From a bacterium (GTDB lineage Bacteria > Patescibacteriota > Dojkabacteria > JAKAPS01), in the NCBI GenBank assembly GCA_021806925.1, contig JAKAPS010000007.1:1-53515 (forward strand): a stretch of 53,515 nucleotides of DNA. Reading direction: 5' to 3'. Made by a program: the position numbers and the translations under genes. The notes under the pieces are model-generated. The model was not told the DNA's origin. It made no database searches and saw only the letters and a list, made by a program, of their open reading frames with translations. Numbering within the stretch: position 1 is the first letter of the stretch; the number at the start of each line of letters is the position of its first letter. This document shows positions 29,625-39,686 of this stretch, in pieces.

Positions 29625-31025
29625 ATGAATTTCAAAAAGTTTCTAGTCAAACACAAATACATAACACTCTTTTTAATTGTTTATACACTGTTCATGTTTT
29701 ACTACAGTCTAGTAAGATATCAGAATTATTATGCAGGGGAGTTTGATCTGGGTCATATGGTACAAGTCGTATATAACACACTGCATGGACACTTTTTCAT
29801 GTTAAGCAGTCCTGAAAAATTACCAGTTCTTGTTTCAAGAGCATCAGATCACTTTGATATATCATTGCTTCTTCTTGTTCCATTTTTCTATATATATCCG
29901 CACGTATCGTTATTTCTTTTTATTCAGTCAATTGTTGTTGCCCTAGGAGGTATATTTATATATAAATTTGCACTAGATAACAAATCATCAAGATCCATTG
30001 CTGTATTTTTGACAGTAATATATCTAATTATGCCTGGTATGCTAAATGCACTTATGTTCGATTATCATCCCGAGGTACTTGCAAGCACATTTCTATTAGG
30101 TTCGTTCTATTTTCTATATAAGAGAAAAATATATTATTCCATTCCTTTTATACTCTTAGCACTAATATCAAAAGAAGACATGGGATTTATATTAGGAACC
30201 ATTGGAATATATTTCACATATGTTTATATAAGAGAATTAATAAAAGATAAGAGTAAAAGAAATCTTATAAAAGTAATATTCACGACTACATTAATATTAA
30301 TATCATTTAGTTATTCACTTATAGTAATTGGTTGTATAGTTCCACTCGCAAGAGGGGGACATGAATCAATGTACTTAGGCTCCTACGGATACCTACACGG
30401 TGGAGTAATAGCCATATTAACTCACCCCTGGATAATATTTGAACAAATTGATATAGCAAAAACAATTGGGTATACATTCGCATTAACTGCACCAGTAGGA
30501 TTTCTTAACTTTCTTTCACCAATAACATTATTGGCACTTCCAGAGTACCTTCTTGATGTATTAAGTAGCAATCATGCACTGCAGAATATACATTTTCATT
30601 ACGCAGCTACAATTGAGCCATTTATAATGCTAGGAGCAATTGATACGCTATTTAAATTAAAAGAATACTTCGAAATAAAGAAAATCAGAATAATATATAT
30701 ATTCTTCATAGCATTCTCATTTATTGCCATGTACCTTTATTCACCGGTACCAATTTCAAGATCATATACTAATTTCTTTATACCAATGTACCCAGCTAAG
30801 GATATAAATGAGCTAAATTACCTTGCAAGATCAATACCAGTTGATGCTGTAGTAAGTGCTCCTAATACAGTAGGAGTACATTTTACTCAAAGAGAAAATA
30901 TATATGTTTATCCTGTGGATGTTCCTAACGCTGATTATGTCATTACTGATACAAACCCTGTTGATATTAAAGGATATACAAATATATATTCTGGGAAAGA
31001 TATATGGGTGTATAAAAAAATATAG
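29625..31025 (+). CDS. DUF2079-like GT-C membrane protein
   Basis: FDLG, DHF, FDYHPE, KED and FHY motifs; many TMs. Confidence 0.8.
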   Translation: MNFKKFLVKHKYITLFLIVYTLFMFYYSLVRYQNYYAGEFDLGHMVQVVYNTLHGHFFMLSSPEKLPVLVSRASDHFDISLLLLVPFFYIYPHVSLFLFIQSIVVALGGIFIYKFALDNKSSRSIAVFLTVIYLIMPGMLNALMFDYHPEVLASTFLLGSFYFLYKRKIYYSIPFILLALISKEDMGFILGTIGIYFTYVYIRELIKDKSKRNLIKVIFTTTLILISFSYSLIVIGCIVPLARGGHESMYLGSYGYLHGGVIAILTHPWIIFEQIDIAKTIGYTFALTAPVGFLNFLSPITLLALPEYLLDVLSSNHALQNIHFHYAATIEPFIMLGAIDTLFKLKEYFEIKKIRIIYIFFIAFSFIAMYLYSPVPISRSYTNFFIPMYPAKDINELNYLARSIPVDAVVSAPNTVGVHFTQRENIYVYPVDVPNADYVITDTNPVDIKGYTNIYSGKDIWVYKKI

Positions 31026-31038
31026 AGGATGGGTTATT

Positions 31039-31863
31039 TTATATATTTTGCTGAATAACGTTCTGTAGAACAAAAAGAGAGAGATAATCATTCTCATCAT
31101 ACTCCATTCTAACTATGCAGGTGTTTCCATCCACTGTAATTTCATATGCAATAAATCTATATTCATTATCATACTGATAAGTTTTTTTAATTTCTTTTCC
31201 TCTTTTATTAGTTACTTTTGTTATACATAATAAATCATTGTTTTTCATACAAGATAGAATCAGTTTACCTTCTTTAGAATATTTCAAGTATGACGAACTA
31301 ACTTTTACACCACTAACATATTTTTCTTCTTTAACAATATTGTAACCTCTGAATTCACTGCGTTGTACAATTCTAAGAACTTCTCCTGTACTACAAGATT
31401 CTATATTCTCATGTATCCTTTTATATAGATCATTGCTCTCAGAAAGTATTCTCATAATACTACCTCCATCAGAATTATTGATAGCTACTTTAATTGAATC
31501 CCTTCCTTTATTCACAAAAGTAAATATTGAATATATTGAATCTTCAGATGTGTATGACTCAGTAAGAGCATATCCTTTATCATTCAGTATGCTAGAGATA
31601 TTATCTACGCTTCTACTACTATATATTTCTTTCAGCAAATTACTAAAACAAGGATCAGACATACTACTGGATTCAATTTTCATCAATTCAGTAAGACCCA
31701 TAAAGCTTCCAGATACAAAAGGGTCTAAACCACGTGATTCAAGTTCTAGTACTCTATACAAATCACTACCATCATTTTCTACACGAATTTCCTCTAATTG
31801 CTCACCAATCGATCCGCAGGTGTTATGTAATCTACAAAGATATGCTTCAATTGTTTCGCTCAT
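31039..31863 (-). CDS. Hypothetical protein
   Basis: 274-aa ORF; YD-like beta hairpins (YQYDNE, EYDEND) at the C-terminus. Confidence 0.55.
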   Translation of the reverse strand: MSETIEAYLCRLHNTCGSIGEQLEEIRVENDGSDLYRVLELESRGLDPFVSGSFMGLTELMKIESSSMSDPCFSNLLKEIYSSRSVDNISSILNDKGYALTESYTSEDSIYSIFTFVNKGRDSIKVAINNSDGGSIMRILSESNDLYKRIHENIESCSTGEVLRIVQRSEFRGYNIVKEEKYVSGVKVSSSYLKYSKEGKLILSCMKNNDLLCITKVTNKRGKEIKKTYQYDNEYRFIAYEITVDGNTCIVRMEYDENDYLSLFVLQNVIQQNI

Positions 31864-32043
31864 ATTCTATTTACACATACTTTTTGCAAGTATATATTTA
31901 AATAACATATAGGTACACATTATTGAATTAACAGCACAATAATGCATAAATTATCAACTACATACACGTTATATCTATAAATTATCCTGTAACTGAATTC
32001 ATATTTTAAAATATGCTAAAATATACACAGAATATATATTTTA

Positions 32044-33567
32044 ATGTCAAAAAATAATTTCATGTTTGGTGCAGGAACATCTCATTTCCAAATTGGGGAG
32101 AACAATAATACTAATGCAAAAGACGATTTCTACAATGCATATATTAAGAATATCAAAATATATAAAGAGGATTATGAAGCAGAATCTCCCCAAATACATA
32201 TCTCAGATGAATCAATTGATAAATTAATAGTAACTCTAAAAAAAATTGGTGCAAATTCATATAGATTCTCTGTACCTTGGGCACGTATAAATCCTAGTGA
32301 AGGTGTATTTAGTGATGATGAACTTAATAGGTATACACTACTATTAAATAAATTAAGGGAAAATGGAATAACTCCAATAGTAACCTTACACCACTACACA
32401 TCGCCTCAATGGTTTAGAGATAAAGGAGGATTCTATAATAAAAAAAATATTCAATATTTTTTGGAATTTACTAAGAAGATTGCGGAAATATCATATGATG
32501 GTGGAGTTGAGTATTTTGTTGCATTTAATGAGCTAACTAATTTGATAGGACACGAAAGACTTCTATTCTTAAACCCAAATAAACCAATACAAAATGCTGT
32601 ATCAAATGTAAAATTCTATTTAAATGTAATAAGTGCAATTAAGAGTAGTTACAATATAATTCATGATACATATAACGAAAGAAATGAAACTGCAAAAGAT
32701 GAGATTAAAATATATCCAAAAGTAGGTATTGCAAGTTCAATATGGGAATATGTAAGCTATTCAGGTCGTTTTCAAAATATATATGATATATTGAATAACT
32801 TAATCTTTTATTTACCAGAGTGGCTTCTAAGAAAACATACTGATTTCATTGGAATAAATTTTTATGGTGTAGCAAACAAACCTTTTATTGACCATTTTCC
32901 GAAATGGTTAAGACCGCTGTACAACAACATAATAGCAAAAGATGTGGAAAATATAAATAATAGCTACAGTATCTCAGAAAAACCTTTCAATTGGATTTTA
33001 AAACCAGAACATATAAAACGTATATTGGAGAGATTAAATAAAATATATGGGAAAATTGGAAAGGAGATCTTAATAACAGAGATAGGGACATATGGAGATA
33101 AAGAAGATGATGTATGTAAATTCTATGATATAATATTTAAATCACTTGAAGAATATATAATCATTCAAAAAATTCATGAATTACTTAACAATAATAATAT
33201 AAAGACTAAGAAGTTACTAGAACTAATTGGTGTAACCATATGGTCAATTGTTGATAATACAGAATGGGATATGGGTCATGTTCCACACTTTGGAATATCT
33301 TCGTATGATAATACAACGCGTATATATAAAATAAAAGAAAGAGCAGAAAATGTGGAAAATGGATTTAAAAGTATTAAAGAAATATACAATATATTTGAGG
33401 AAGTCATCAAAAAAAAAGCAACACCTTATGAATTCCTAGACACTTTACTTTCACAAGATACAGATGATAATTATATTTTATTAAAAGAAATAATCAAAGG
33501 AAATGAAGATTTGAAAAATGAACTGATAAATATGAAAAACAAAATGTTGGCAGGAAGAAGAAGATGA
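32044..33567 (+). CDS. Glycoside hydrolase family 1
   Basis: FMFGAGTS.FQ, YRFSVPWARI.P, VTLHHY, FNE (acid/base), ITE.G (nucleophile) and DNTEW motifs. Confidence 0.9.
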   Translation: MSKNNFMFGAGTSHFQIGENNNTNAKDDFYNAYIKNIKIYKEDYEAESPQIHISDESIDKLIVTLKKIGANSYRFSVPWARINPSEGVFSDDELNRYTLLLNKLRENGITPIVTLHHYTSPQWFRDKGGFYNKKNIQYFLEFTKKIAEISYDGGVEYFVAFNELTNLIGHERLLFLNPNKPIQNAVSNVKFYLNVISAIKSSYNIIHDTYNERNETAKDEIKIYPKVGIASSIWEYVSYSGRFQNIYDILNNLIFYLPEWLLRKHTDFIGINFYGVANKPFIDHFPKWLRPLYNNIIAKDVENINNSYSISEKPFNWILKPEHIKRILERLNKIYGKIGKEILITEIGTYGDKEDDVCKFYDIIFKSLEEYIIIQKIHELLNNNNIKTKKLLELIGVTIWSIVDNTEWDMGHVPHFGISSYDNTTRIYKIKERAENVENGFKSIKEIYNIFEEVIKKKATPYEFLDTLLSQDTDDNYILLKEIIKGNEDLKNELINMKNKMLAGRRR

Positions 33568-33682
33568 TGATGATAAATGCTGCTAAAAATTGTTTGATAA
33601 CTGATTGCTATAAATAGAATAGAAATTACAGGCACTATAAAAAATATCAATTAGAATATATAATATATTTAAGAAGTAATAC

Positions 33683-35212
33683 ATGTATAAACAATTCCTA
33701 TTAGCATTTTTTCCGTTTTTAGTTATATTCTTAATAATATTCGGAGCAATCAAATATCCTGAGGTAACAATAATTGGATTACTTCTATTCAATATGTTTT
33801 GGGTAACAAAACTAATAATTCAGAACTATGAAATATATAATACATCCAAGCTTATAAATTACTTCAAAAACATCAATTTATATGATGAGATATTAAACAG
33901 CAATTCACTTAAGATATTAGATGAAAAACCAGTTCCAAATTCATTTTATTCAAAATACATAAACTCACATATAAATGCGTCAATATATTTTAAATTATCA
34001 AAAATTGAGCATCTCATTGTAATTCCAGAATACAAAGAAAATAGCAAAATACTTGCAGATACACTTGAGTGTATAAAAGGGCAACAATTCCCAAGTGATA
34101 AGATTCATATATGTATTGCACAAGAGGATAGGGATTCTGAAAAAGATGAAACTTTCAATGAATTACAAAGAAAATATGGGAATTGTTTTAAATCATTCTT
34201 TAGAACTAACCATATAAAAACCGAACATGAGATAATCGGGAAAGACTCTAATCTTCATTCTGCAAATAAAGAGATACAAAAAAGATTTAGTAATGAAGAA
34301 AAAGATAATATTATGGTAACTGTACTTGATGCAGATAATAGGATTGTTAACCAAAATTATTTGGGGCAATTGGCTTTTATGGCATCTATTGAAGAAGATA
34401 ATACATATACAATGTATAAGGGTATTAATTTCTTCTATGGCAACTACAAAGATATTCCATTCTATGAGCGTGTTGTTGCATCTCAATTAAGTATGTGGAG
34501 TTGTGGAAATAGTATATATTCATATGTAGCCCCTATTTCATCATACTCATACATACTATCTAAATTAGATAATATTGCGTGGGATGGGAGAACAATAAGT
34601 GATGAACAAGAACTCTTTTTCAATGGAGTAAACAAGTATCCTGATAAATTCAAAATATTACCTATATTTCTTCCACTTTATTTATCAATGCCAAGTCAAA
34701 GCTTCTATTTTCTAAATAACTTTATTCCATTATATAAACAATTTCTTAGACAATTGTATGGTGCGGTTGTACTTGATACTAAATTAATTGAGGATATACT
34801 GAAAAACTCTAACATTGGAATATATAGAAAAATTGCATATATCTACTACATGTTGGACACACATATTATGTGGCCAGTAACTATAGTGGCACTATCATTT
34901 GGAGTTGATATGTTCTATTTATTTGATAAATCATTTGTTTCAAGTGGTATTGGACTTACAATAATAAACCTACAGAATATAATTCTAATATTTGCAGTCA
35001 TACTGTATGGAATAACGATATTATTTGATATTCGATTCAGATTTGAATACAGGGAATCACACTTTAAACCATCAAGAGAAATCTTTCTTGCTTTTGGCTG
35101 GATATACATGCCAGTTATTCAGTTCTTTATTGCTTTTGTTCCATATGTGGAAATTGCAATTAGGATACTTATAAATAAACCATTACAACACATACCAAGT
35201 GAAAAAAGATAA
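33683..35212 (+). CDS. Membrane GT2 family glycosyltransferase
   Basis: VIP.YKE, GK.SN, LDAD, SDE and a degenerate QxxR motif; flanking TMs. Confidence 0.75.
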   Translation: MYKQFLLAFFPFLVIFLIIFGAIKYPEVTIIGLLLFNMFWVTKLIIQNYEIYNTSKLINYFKNINLYDEILNSNSLKILDEKPVPNSFYSKYINSHINASIYFKLSKIEHLIVIPEYKENSKILADTLECIKGQQFPSDKIHICIAQEDRDSEKDETFNELQRKYGNCFKSFFRTNHIKTEHEIIGKDSNLHSANKEIQKRFSNEEKDNIMVTVLDADNRIVNQNYLGQLAFMASIEEDNTYTMYKGINFFYGNYKDIPFYERVVASQLSMWSCGNSIYSYVAPISSYSYILSKLDNIAWDGRTISDEQELFFNGVNKYPDKFKILPIFLPLYLSMPSQSFYFLNNFIPLYKQFLRQLYGAVVLDTKLIEDILKNSNIGIYRKIAYIYYMLDTHIMWPVTIVALSFGVDMFYLFDKSFVSSGIGLTIINLQNIILIFAVILYGITILFDIRFRFEYRESHFKPSREIFLAFGWIYMPVIQFFIAFVPYVEIAIRILINKPLQHIPSEKR

Positions 35213-35289
35213 AAATAAATCTAAAAATTGTATTCACAAATACAATCCAAATATAGTATAATACAAACATATAAGAAGATAGGTATTAC

Positions 35290-35363
35290 GCTCCAATAGC
35301 TCAATAGGATAGAGCGACTCCCTTCTAAGGAGTAGGTTTACGGTTCGAGTCCGCATTGGAGCA
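35290..35363 (+). tRNA. tRNA-Arg (TCT)
   Basis: GCTCCAA/TTGGAGC acceptor, anticodon arm ACTCC-CTTCTAA-GGAGT, TTCGAGT T-loop. Confidence 0.95.
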
Positions 35364-36727
35364 TATTTGTGGAATTACATACTCTACAGGTGGGAATTTT
35401 CCTTCAAAAACAGTGTTATTTGTAGATTCGATCCTGCTTTTTTCATCCAAAATCTCTTGAGTTCTATTTTTCAACACGAAGACCGTTTCTTCCAGGTCTA
35501 TAGTGAGTTTTTTTATCCTTTAATAAAAATTTCGATCCTAAACGGGCAAATATTTCCCTTTTAGTTTGGATATCACCATATTCAAATCTTCTTCTTGCCT
35601 TAGACCAAAAGTTCAATACATCAATAACTTCATCTGCTCCTTTGTTCTGATTTTCATTTAATTCATTAATAGCTGAAAGAATCTTGTCTTTCTCCTTTGT
35701 ATATTTAACTTTCCTTTCTCTAAATTCCTCATCAGTAAGTATATCTGGATTATTTACTTTTAAATCAATCAAAGAGTTCAATCTAGTTACTACAACCTCA
35801 TAATCCTTCTGTAGTTTATTTAATTGTGATTCTATAAGCTTTCTATCTTCGGCCACATTATCTTTAATATATTTCTCTGCCCAATCTATGTACTCCTGTG
35901 GAATATCAAGATTATTCATTAAATCTAGTGCTGTGAGTTCTATGTATTCGACTGTTGCTCCTTTCTTTTTCTGAGCACATGTAACCCCAACTTTTCTTCC
36001 AGTACAATGATAATAGACATGATCTTTTATACCACCGCTAGTTAGTAATCTTTGCTTTTCTGTAGCAGTAATCATAGCTCCGCAATCACATTTTATAACA
36101 CCTGTAAATGCAAAATCATGTGTTTTAGGTCTTGGTTTTCCTTTTCTTCCTAAAATAAGTTGTATTTTGTCATATTCTTCAGGGGGCATTAAAGGAGTAT
36201 GAGAACCTTTATACCATACACCACCATATTCAAATTCCCCATAATAGAAAGGGTTTGTAAATATTTTATAAGCAGTACTATTTTGTAGCTTTATTCCTTT
36301 TGGAGTAATGAAGTGATATTGCTCATTCATGATATTTATTATCTGTGGCACTGTATAAAGACCTGTAAGCATCATATCCACCATCTTACGAAGTAAGGGG
36401 AACCGTTCTTCATCAACAAAAACAGCTTTCTTACCTTTCTCTCCAGTAAAGTCACATTTATAGCCTAAATTCGGTAACCCTGGTTTAAATCCCTTCTCTG
36501 CTTTTGAAGTTAATCCCCGTTTTACATTCTTCGCTAGATCAACAGAACTTTGAGTTGCCATACCAAATTCTATTGTCAGAATGAGTTGGTCAGCAATTGT
36601 ATACACTCTATCATTCGTTATAATCTGCCTAAGTTTTCCTTGCATCAATAACGCTAAAATAGTACCCCCATCAATGGGATTTCTTGCAAGTCTATCTGCT
36701 TTCCAGCAAAAGATTGTATCGTACTTG
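35325..36727 (-). pseudogene. Large serine recombinase remnant (catalytic N-terminus lost, frameshift near the C-terminus)
   Basis: Homology starts at KYDTIFCWKADRLARNPID with no YxRxS motif upstream; NPFYYG and zinc ribbon present; removing one base from the A7 run (35508-14) continues the frame, collinear with 610-2373, into the antisense tRNA-Arg. Confidence 0.85.
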
Positions 36728-36917
36728 CTCCTATTGACTGCCCCATCTCCCTAACAACTGCGAGGTCTTTTTGTACTTTTGCGGCAAGTAATCCATATCC
36801 TAACTCAGTAGATAAAATAATAAGCTGTTGCAATGCCATTTCTCTAGCAGCTCGAGGATCCATTCGAGCCATCTCTATTTTTGCCTCTAAAGGCATGTCT
36901 CCATAATTAGTTGCCAT
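36654..36917 (-). CDS. Hypothetical protein, probably a deletion chimera
   Basis: Its last ~25 codons are out-of-frame recombinase sequence. Confidence 0.4.
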   Translation of the reverse strand: MATNYGDMPLEAKIEMARMDPRAAREMALQQLIILSTELGYGLLAAKVQKDLAVVREMGQSIGASTIQSFAGKQIDLQEIPLMGVLF

Positions 36918-36986
36918 AATTGATAAACATCATATAAATCAACAGGAAGATTTTAACAAAATCAAATAATCACTGCAATAAGAAAA

Positions 36987-37619
36987 TTAAACAGCTATAG
37001 TGCCATCAAACTTTGCCATCTTGTTCATAAGAATGTTTGTAATACTCTTTGGCACAATCTGGTCTTGCCTCACACCTACATTTGCCAAAAAGTCCTTAAT
37101 TATTTGTTTTGAATTTTCCGCATTTTCTTGCGAAGTTATTATCTCTATTTCCGTAGCGACTCCAAAATCTTCTATATATTCCATATTTACCGTCATTTTT
37201 TTCTCTTCAATATAAAAAGATTTTCTTGTTTTCTTTAATCTAAAAAATGGTTTAAATCCAATTGCCTTAAATATCAAATAGCTCTCTTCCAATGACCCAA
37301 TATCAGTTTCATGCTCTTCCCAAGCATTATGATCACCATAATTAGTTATTACCTTTATATTTAAATAAATCTCTTTCTTTCCCTCCTTTTCTTTTTCTCT
37401 TAACCTAAGGCTATATGAGCCCACCTCATTCATCTCAATCTCAGAAAATTCTTTAACTTCATTTCTGCAAAAATATAAATCAATCAATTTTTCTTCTCCC
37501 ATATATTTCCCTTCTCCAGCTTCTAACCTTTTAAAAAGTATCTTTGCTTGTGATTCTTCTAGTATTGCACGAATTTCAACTTCAATGTTTTCGTTTGTAT
37601 TTCTTTTATGTATAATCAT
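36987..37619 (-). CDS. CYTH domain protein (class IV adenylate cyclase / triphosphate tunnel family)
   Basis: IEVEIRA, DLYF, LRLR, E.ET, KKTR and EIE motifs. Confidence 0.85.
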   Translation of the reverse strand: MIIHKRNTNENIEVEIRAILEESQAKILFKRLEAGEGKYMGEEKLIDLYFCRNEVKEFSEIEMNEVGSYSLRLREKEKEGKKEIYLNIKVITNYGDHNAWEEHETDIGSLEESYLIFKAIGFKPFFRLKKTRKSFYIEEKKMTVNMEYIEDFGVATEIEIITSQENAENSKQIIKDFLANVGVRQDQIVPKSITNILMNKMAKFDGTIAV

Positions 37620-37664
37620 ATAAGTATTATTGGTATTTTAACCTATCATTATAATCTATTGCAA

Positions 37665-38234
37665 ATGGATAAGAGAATAGTGTTTTTAACTTTTTCGAAC
37701 AAAGAATATAGGCAAAGCCCTAGCAAATATGACAATTTAATTTCACTCATCGAAAAAGACTGTAACTGCGAGATTAGACATAAGTGGTTTGAAGAAGATC
37801 CGGGGAGGACCCCAGAACAGATCTATAATAGATCGTTAATAGCAATAAAGGCCGCTGATATATTTATAGCAGAAATATCTTCACGATCCACCAGTATAGG
37901 GTCACAAATAAGTTATGCTTTAAATTTGAAAAAACCTGTCTTTGCTCTACTCGATGAAAGTACTGAGACTTCGAAAGATTCGCTTTTTCTAAAAGGTATT
38001 CAATCTCCTTATCTAAAAATTATTTATTACAATAATCTCAACGATTTATCTCAATCTTTATGTAATGCAATCAATACTCTAAAACCTGATAAATTAGAGA
38101 AGTTCAATTTTGTGGCTACAAAGTCAATAAAAGAATCTCTTTTCAGTGAGAGTAGAAAGCGTGGTATGTCAGTATCGCAACTACTGAGGCATATCATTGA
38201 AGAATGGATTAATAATCAAAAACAAGGTGAATAG
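37665..38234 (+). CDS. Nucleoside 2-deoxyribosyltransferase/DNPH1-like domain fused to a C-terminal ribbon-helix-helix
   Basis: IKAADIFIAEIS..STSIG.QI.YAL..KKPV motif; KFNF...ESRKRGMSVSQLLR.II RHH; start placed at the ATG at 37665. Confidence 0.75.
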   Translation: MDKRIVFLTFSNKEYRQSPSKYDNLISLIEKDCNCEIRHKWFEEDPGRTPEQIYNRSLIAIKAADIFIAEISSRSTSIGSQISYALNLKKPVFALLDESTETSKDSLFLKGIQSPYLKIIYYNNLNDLSQSLCNAINTLKPDKLEKFNFVATKSIKESLFSESRKRGMSVSQLLRHIIEEWINNQKQGE

Positions 38235-38253
38235 ACTCACTTCTTTTTAGTAT

Positions 38254-38283
38254 TGCGGTTCGAACTTCGTCCACGAGAGAGCA
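38254..38283 (+). other. Putative attR: tRNA-Arg 3'-end mimic
   Basis: TGCGGTTCGA-ACTTC-GTCCACGAGAGAGCA versus tRNA TACGGTTCGA-GTCCGCATTGGAGCA. Confidence 0.75.
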
Positions 38284-38377
38284 AAGTTTAAATTTCCCTT
38301 ATATTAAGTTTTTTCATGGTTTTAAGGACAGAATTGCTTTCATTTATAGTGAAAACTTTTCATGATATCCTTTCAAC

Positions 38378-38602
38378 ATGGGTGAAAACAATTCTTCAAA
38401 CCAATTTGATATCAACTCCTTAAGACCACTTCTTCTGGAGCAGGTTCGAGAATTCCAACAAAATGGTATGGGGAAAAAAGGATTTACGCAGGTAGAGAAT
38501 ACTTTACAAAGAGTGAATGGCACATATTCCTCATCCAAATTGATTTTAAATGACGAGAAGACGGCTGTATTAGTTCCATTGAATTATTTATTATTGATAT
38601 AA
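38378..38602 (+). CDS. Small hypothetical protein
   Basis: 74-aa ATG ORF in an accessory region. Confidence 0.35.
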   Translation: MGENNSSNQFDINSLRPLLLEQVREFQQNGMGKKGFTQVENTLQRVNGTYSSSKLILNDEKTAVLVPLNYLLLI

Positions 38603-38692
38603 CACTATAACATTACTAATCCGTTATATCTCTTGTGAATTAAACTATTATTTATTTCACTTTCTGTATTATATTGATATAATATATACAAG

Positions 38693-38986
38693 ATGATACC
38701 TAATGAATTCAGAAAGTATTTATGGGATTCTAAATTTGAGTCATTAGACTTACATAAGAACAAAAGGTACATTATTTCTAGAATTCTTGAACATGGAGAT
38801 CTTACTACTGCAAAAATAATTCTTAATATATATTCACATGATGATATAGCAGATGTAATAATTTCTTCAACTGATATATCTCCAAGAACTGCATATTTTT
38901 TTAAGAATTATCTTAATATAAAGCAACCAATAAAATGTTTAACGATGCAATTAACAAAACAGCAAAGGAAGCTCTGGCCATATTAA
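38693..38986 (+). CDS. DUF6922-like protein, partner of the AbiEii-like protein
   Basis: YLWD...LD...YIISRILEHGD motif; overlaps the downstream NTase. Confidence 0.75.
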   Translation: MIPNEFRKYLWDSKFESLDLHKNKRYIISRILEHGDLTTAKIILNIYSHDDIADVIISSTDISPRTAYFFKNYLNIKQPIKCLTMQLTKQQRKLWPY

Positions 38987-39558
38987 GTAATATAAAAGAA
39001 CTCAATTCTTTTTATCTTGCAGTCGGGACAGGATTAACTATACAGATCGGTCATAGAATATCATATGATCTTGATTTCTTTTCATTCAATACTTTTGATT
39101 TAGACTATACAATATACAGTATTACAAAAGCAATAAATTTCACAAATATAACAACTAGTGAAAACACATTGCGTGGATTCTATAATGATTGTGAAATAAG
39201 CTTTTTCCTATATAAATACCCACTACTATCAAAACAAGCAGAATTCATGAATATTAAGGTGGCATCAATTAAAGATATAGCATTAATGAAATTAATAGCA
39301 ATTGGAGGGAGGGGACTCAAAAAAGATTTTTACGATATATATTTTATAATAAAAGGATACATTCCACTCAAGGAAATAATCAACTGCTTTGATGATAAGT
39401 ATAGAGTTGGGAGATTCAATAAATTTCACTATATAAAATCATTAACATATTTTGATTTGGCTGATGAAGATGATAGTAATTTAAATCTCCTAACTGATGT
39501 TTCCTGGGATGACGTGAAATCGTATATATACACTCAATCCTTAAAGATATTAGAATAA
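38935..39558 (+). CDS. AbiEii/AbiGii-like nucleotidyltransferase
   Basis: FYLA.GT.L..QIGHRISYDLDFF, DIALMKL.AI..RG.KKDFYDIY and SLTYF motifs. Confidence 0.88.
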   Translation: MFNDAINKTAKEALAILSNIKELNSFYLAVGTGLTIQIGHRISYDLDFFSFNTFDLDYTIYSITKAINFTNITTSENTLRGFYNDCEISFFLYKYPLLSKQAEFMNIKVASIKDIALMKLIAIGGRGLKKDFYDIYFIIKGYIPLKEIINCFDDKYRVGRFNKFHYIKSLTYFDLADEDDSNLNLLTDVSWDDVKSYIYTQSLKILE

Positions 39559-39686
39559 TTCAAAGCAGTTTTTTGTGTAAGTATACACAGTTATATATAG
39601 TAGTAGATTAGAATATTATGTTACTTGCATTTTCAAGCTAGTATTCGCATTATACATATATTACGAATAATATATATTGTATAACT

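Larger units (their letters stand above)
35360..38283. mobile_element. Integrative element at the tRNA-Arg(TCT) 3' end
   Basis: GAGCA core at both ends, a tRNA mimic at 38254-38283, and a recombinase remnant inside. Confidence 0.75.

Noticed and set aside
31433-31912. 159-aa plus-strand ORF and the other short antisense ORFs in the track
   Set aside because: They lie opposite longer or motif-bearing genes and show no motifs of their own
38441-38470. CAGGTTCGAGAATTCC as a further att mimic
   Set aside because: Only GGTTCGA matches; no acceptor-stem similarity or GAGCA core follows
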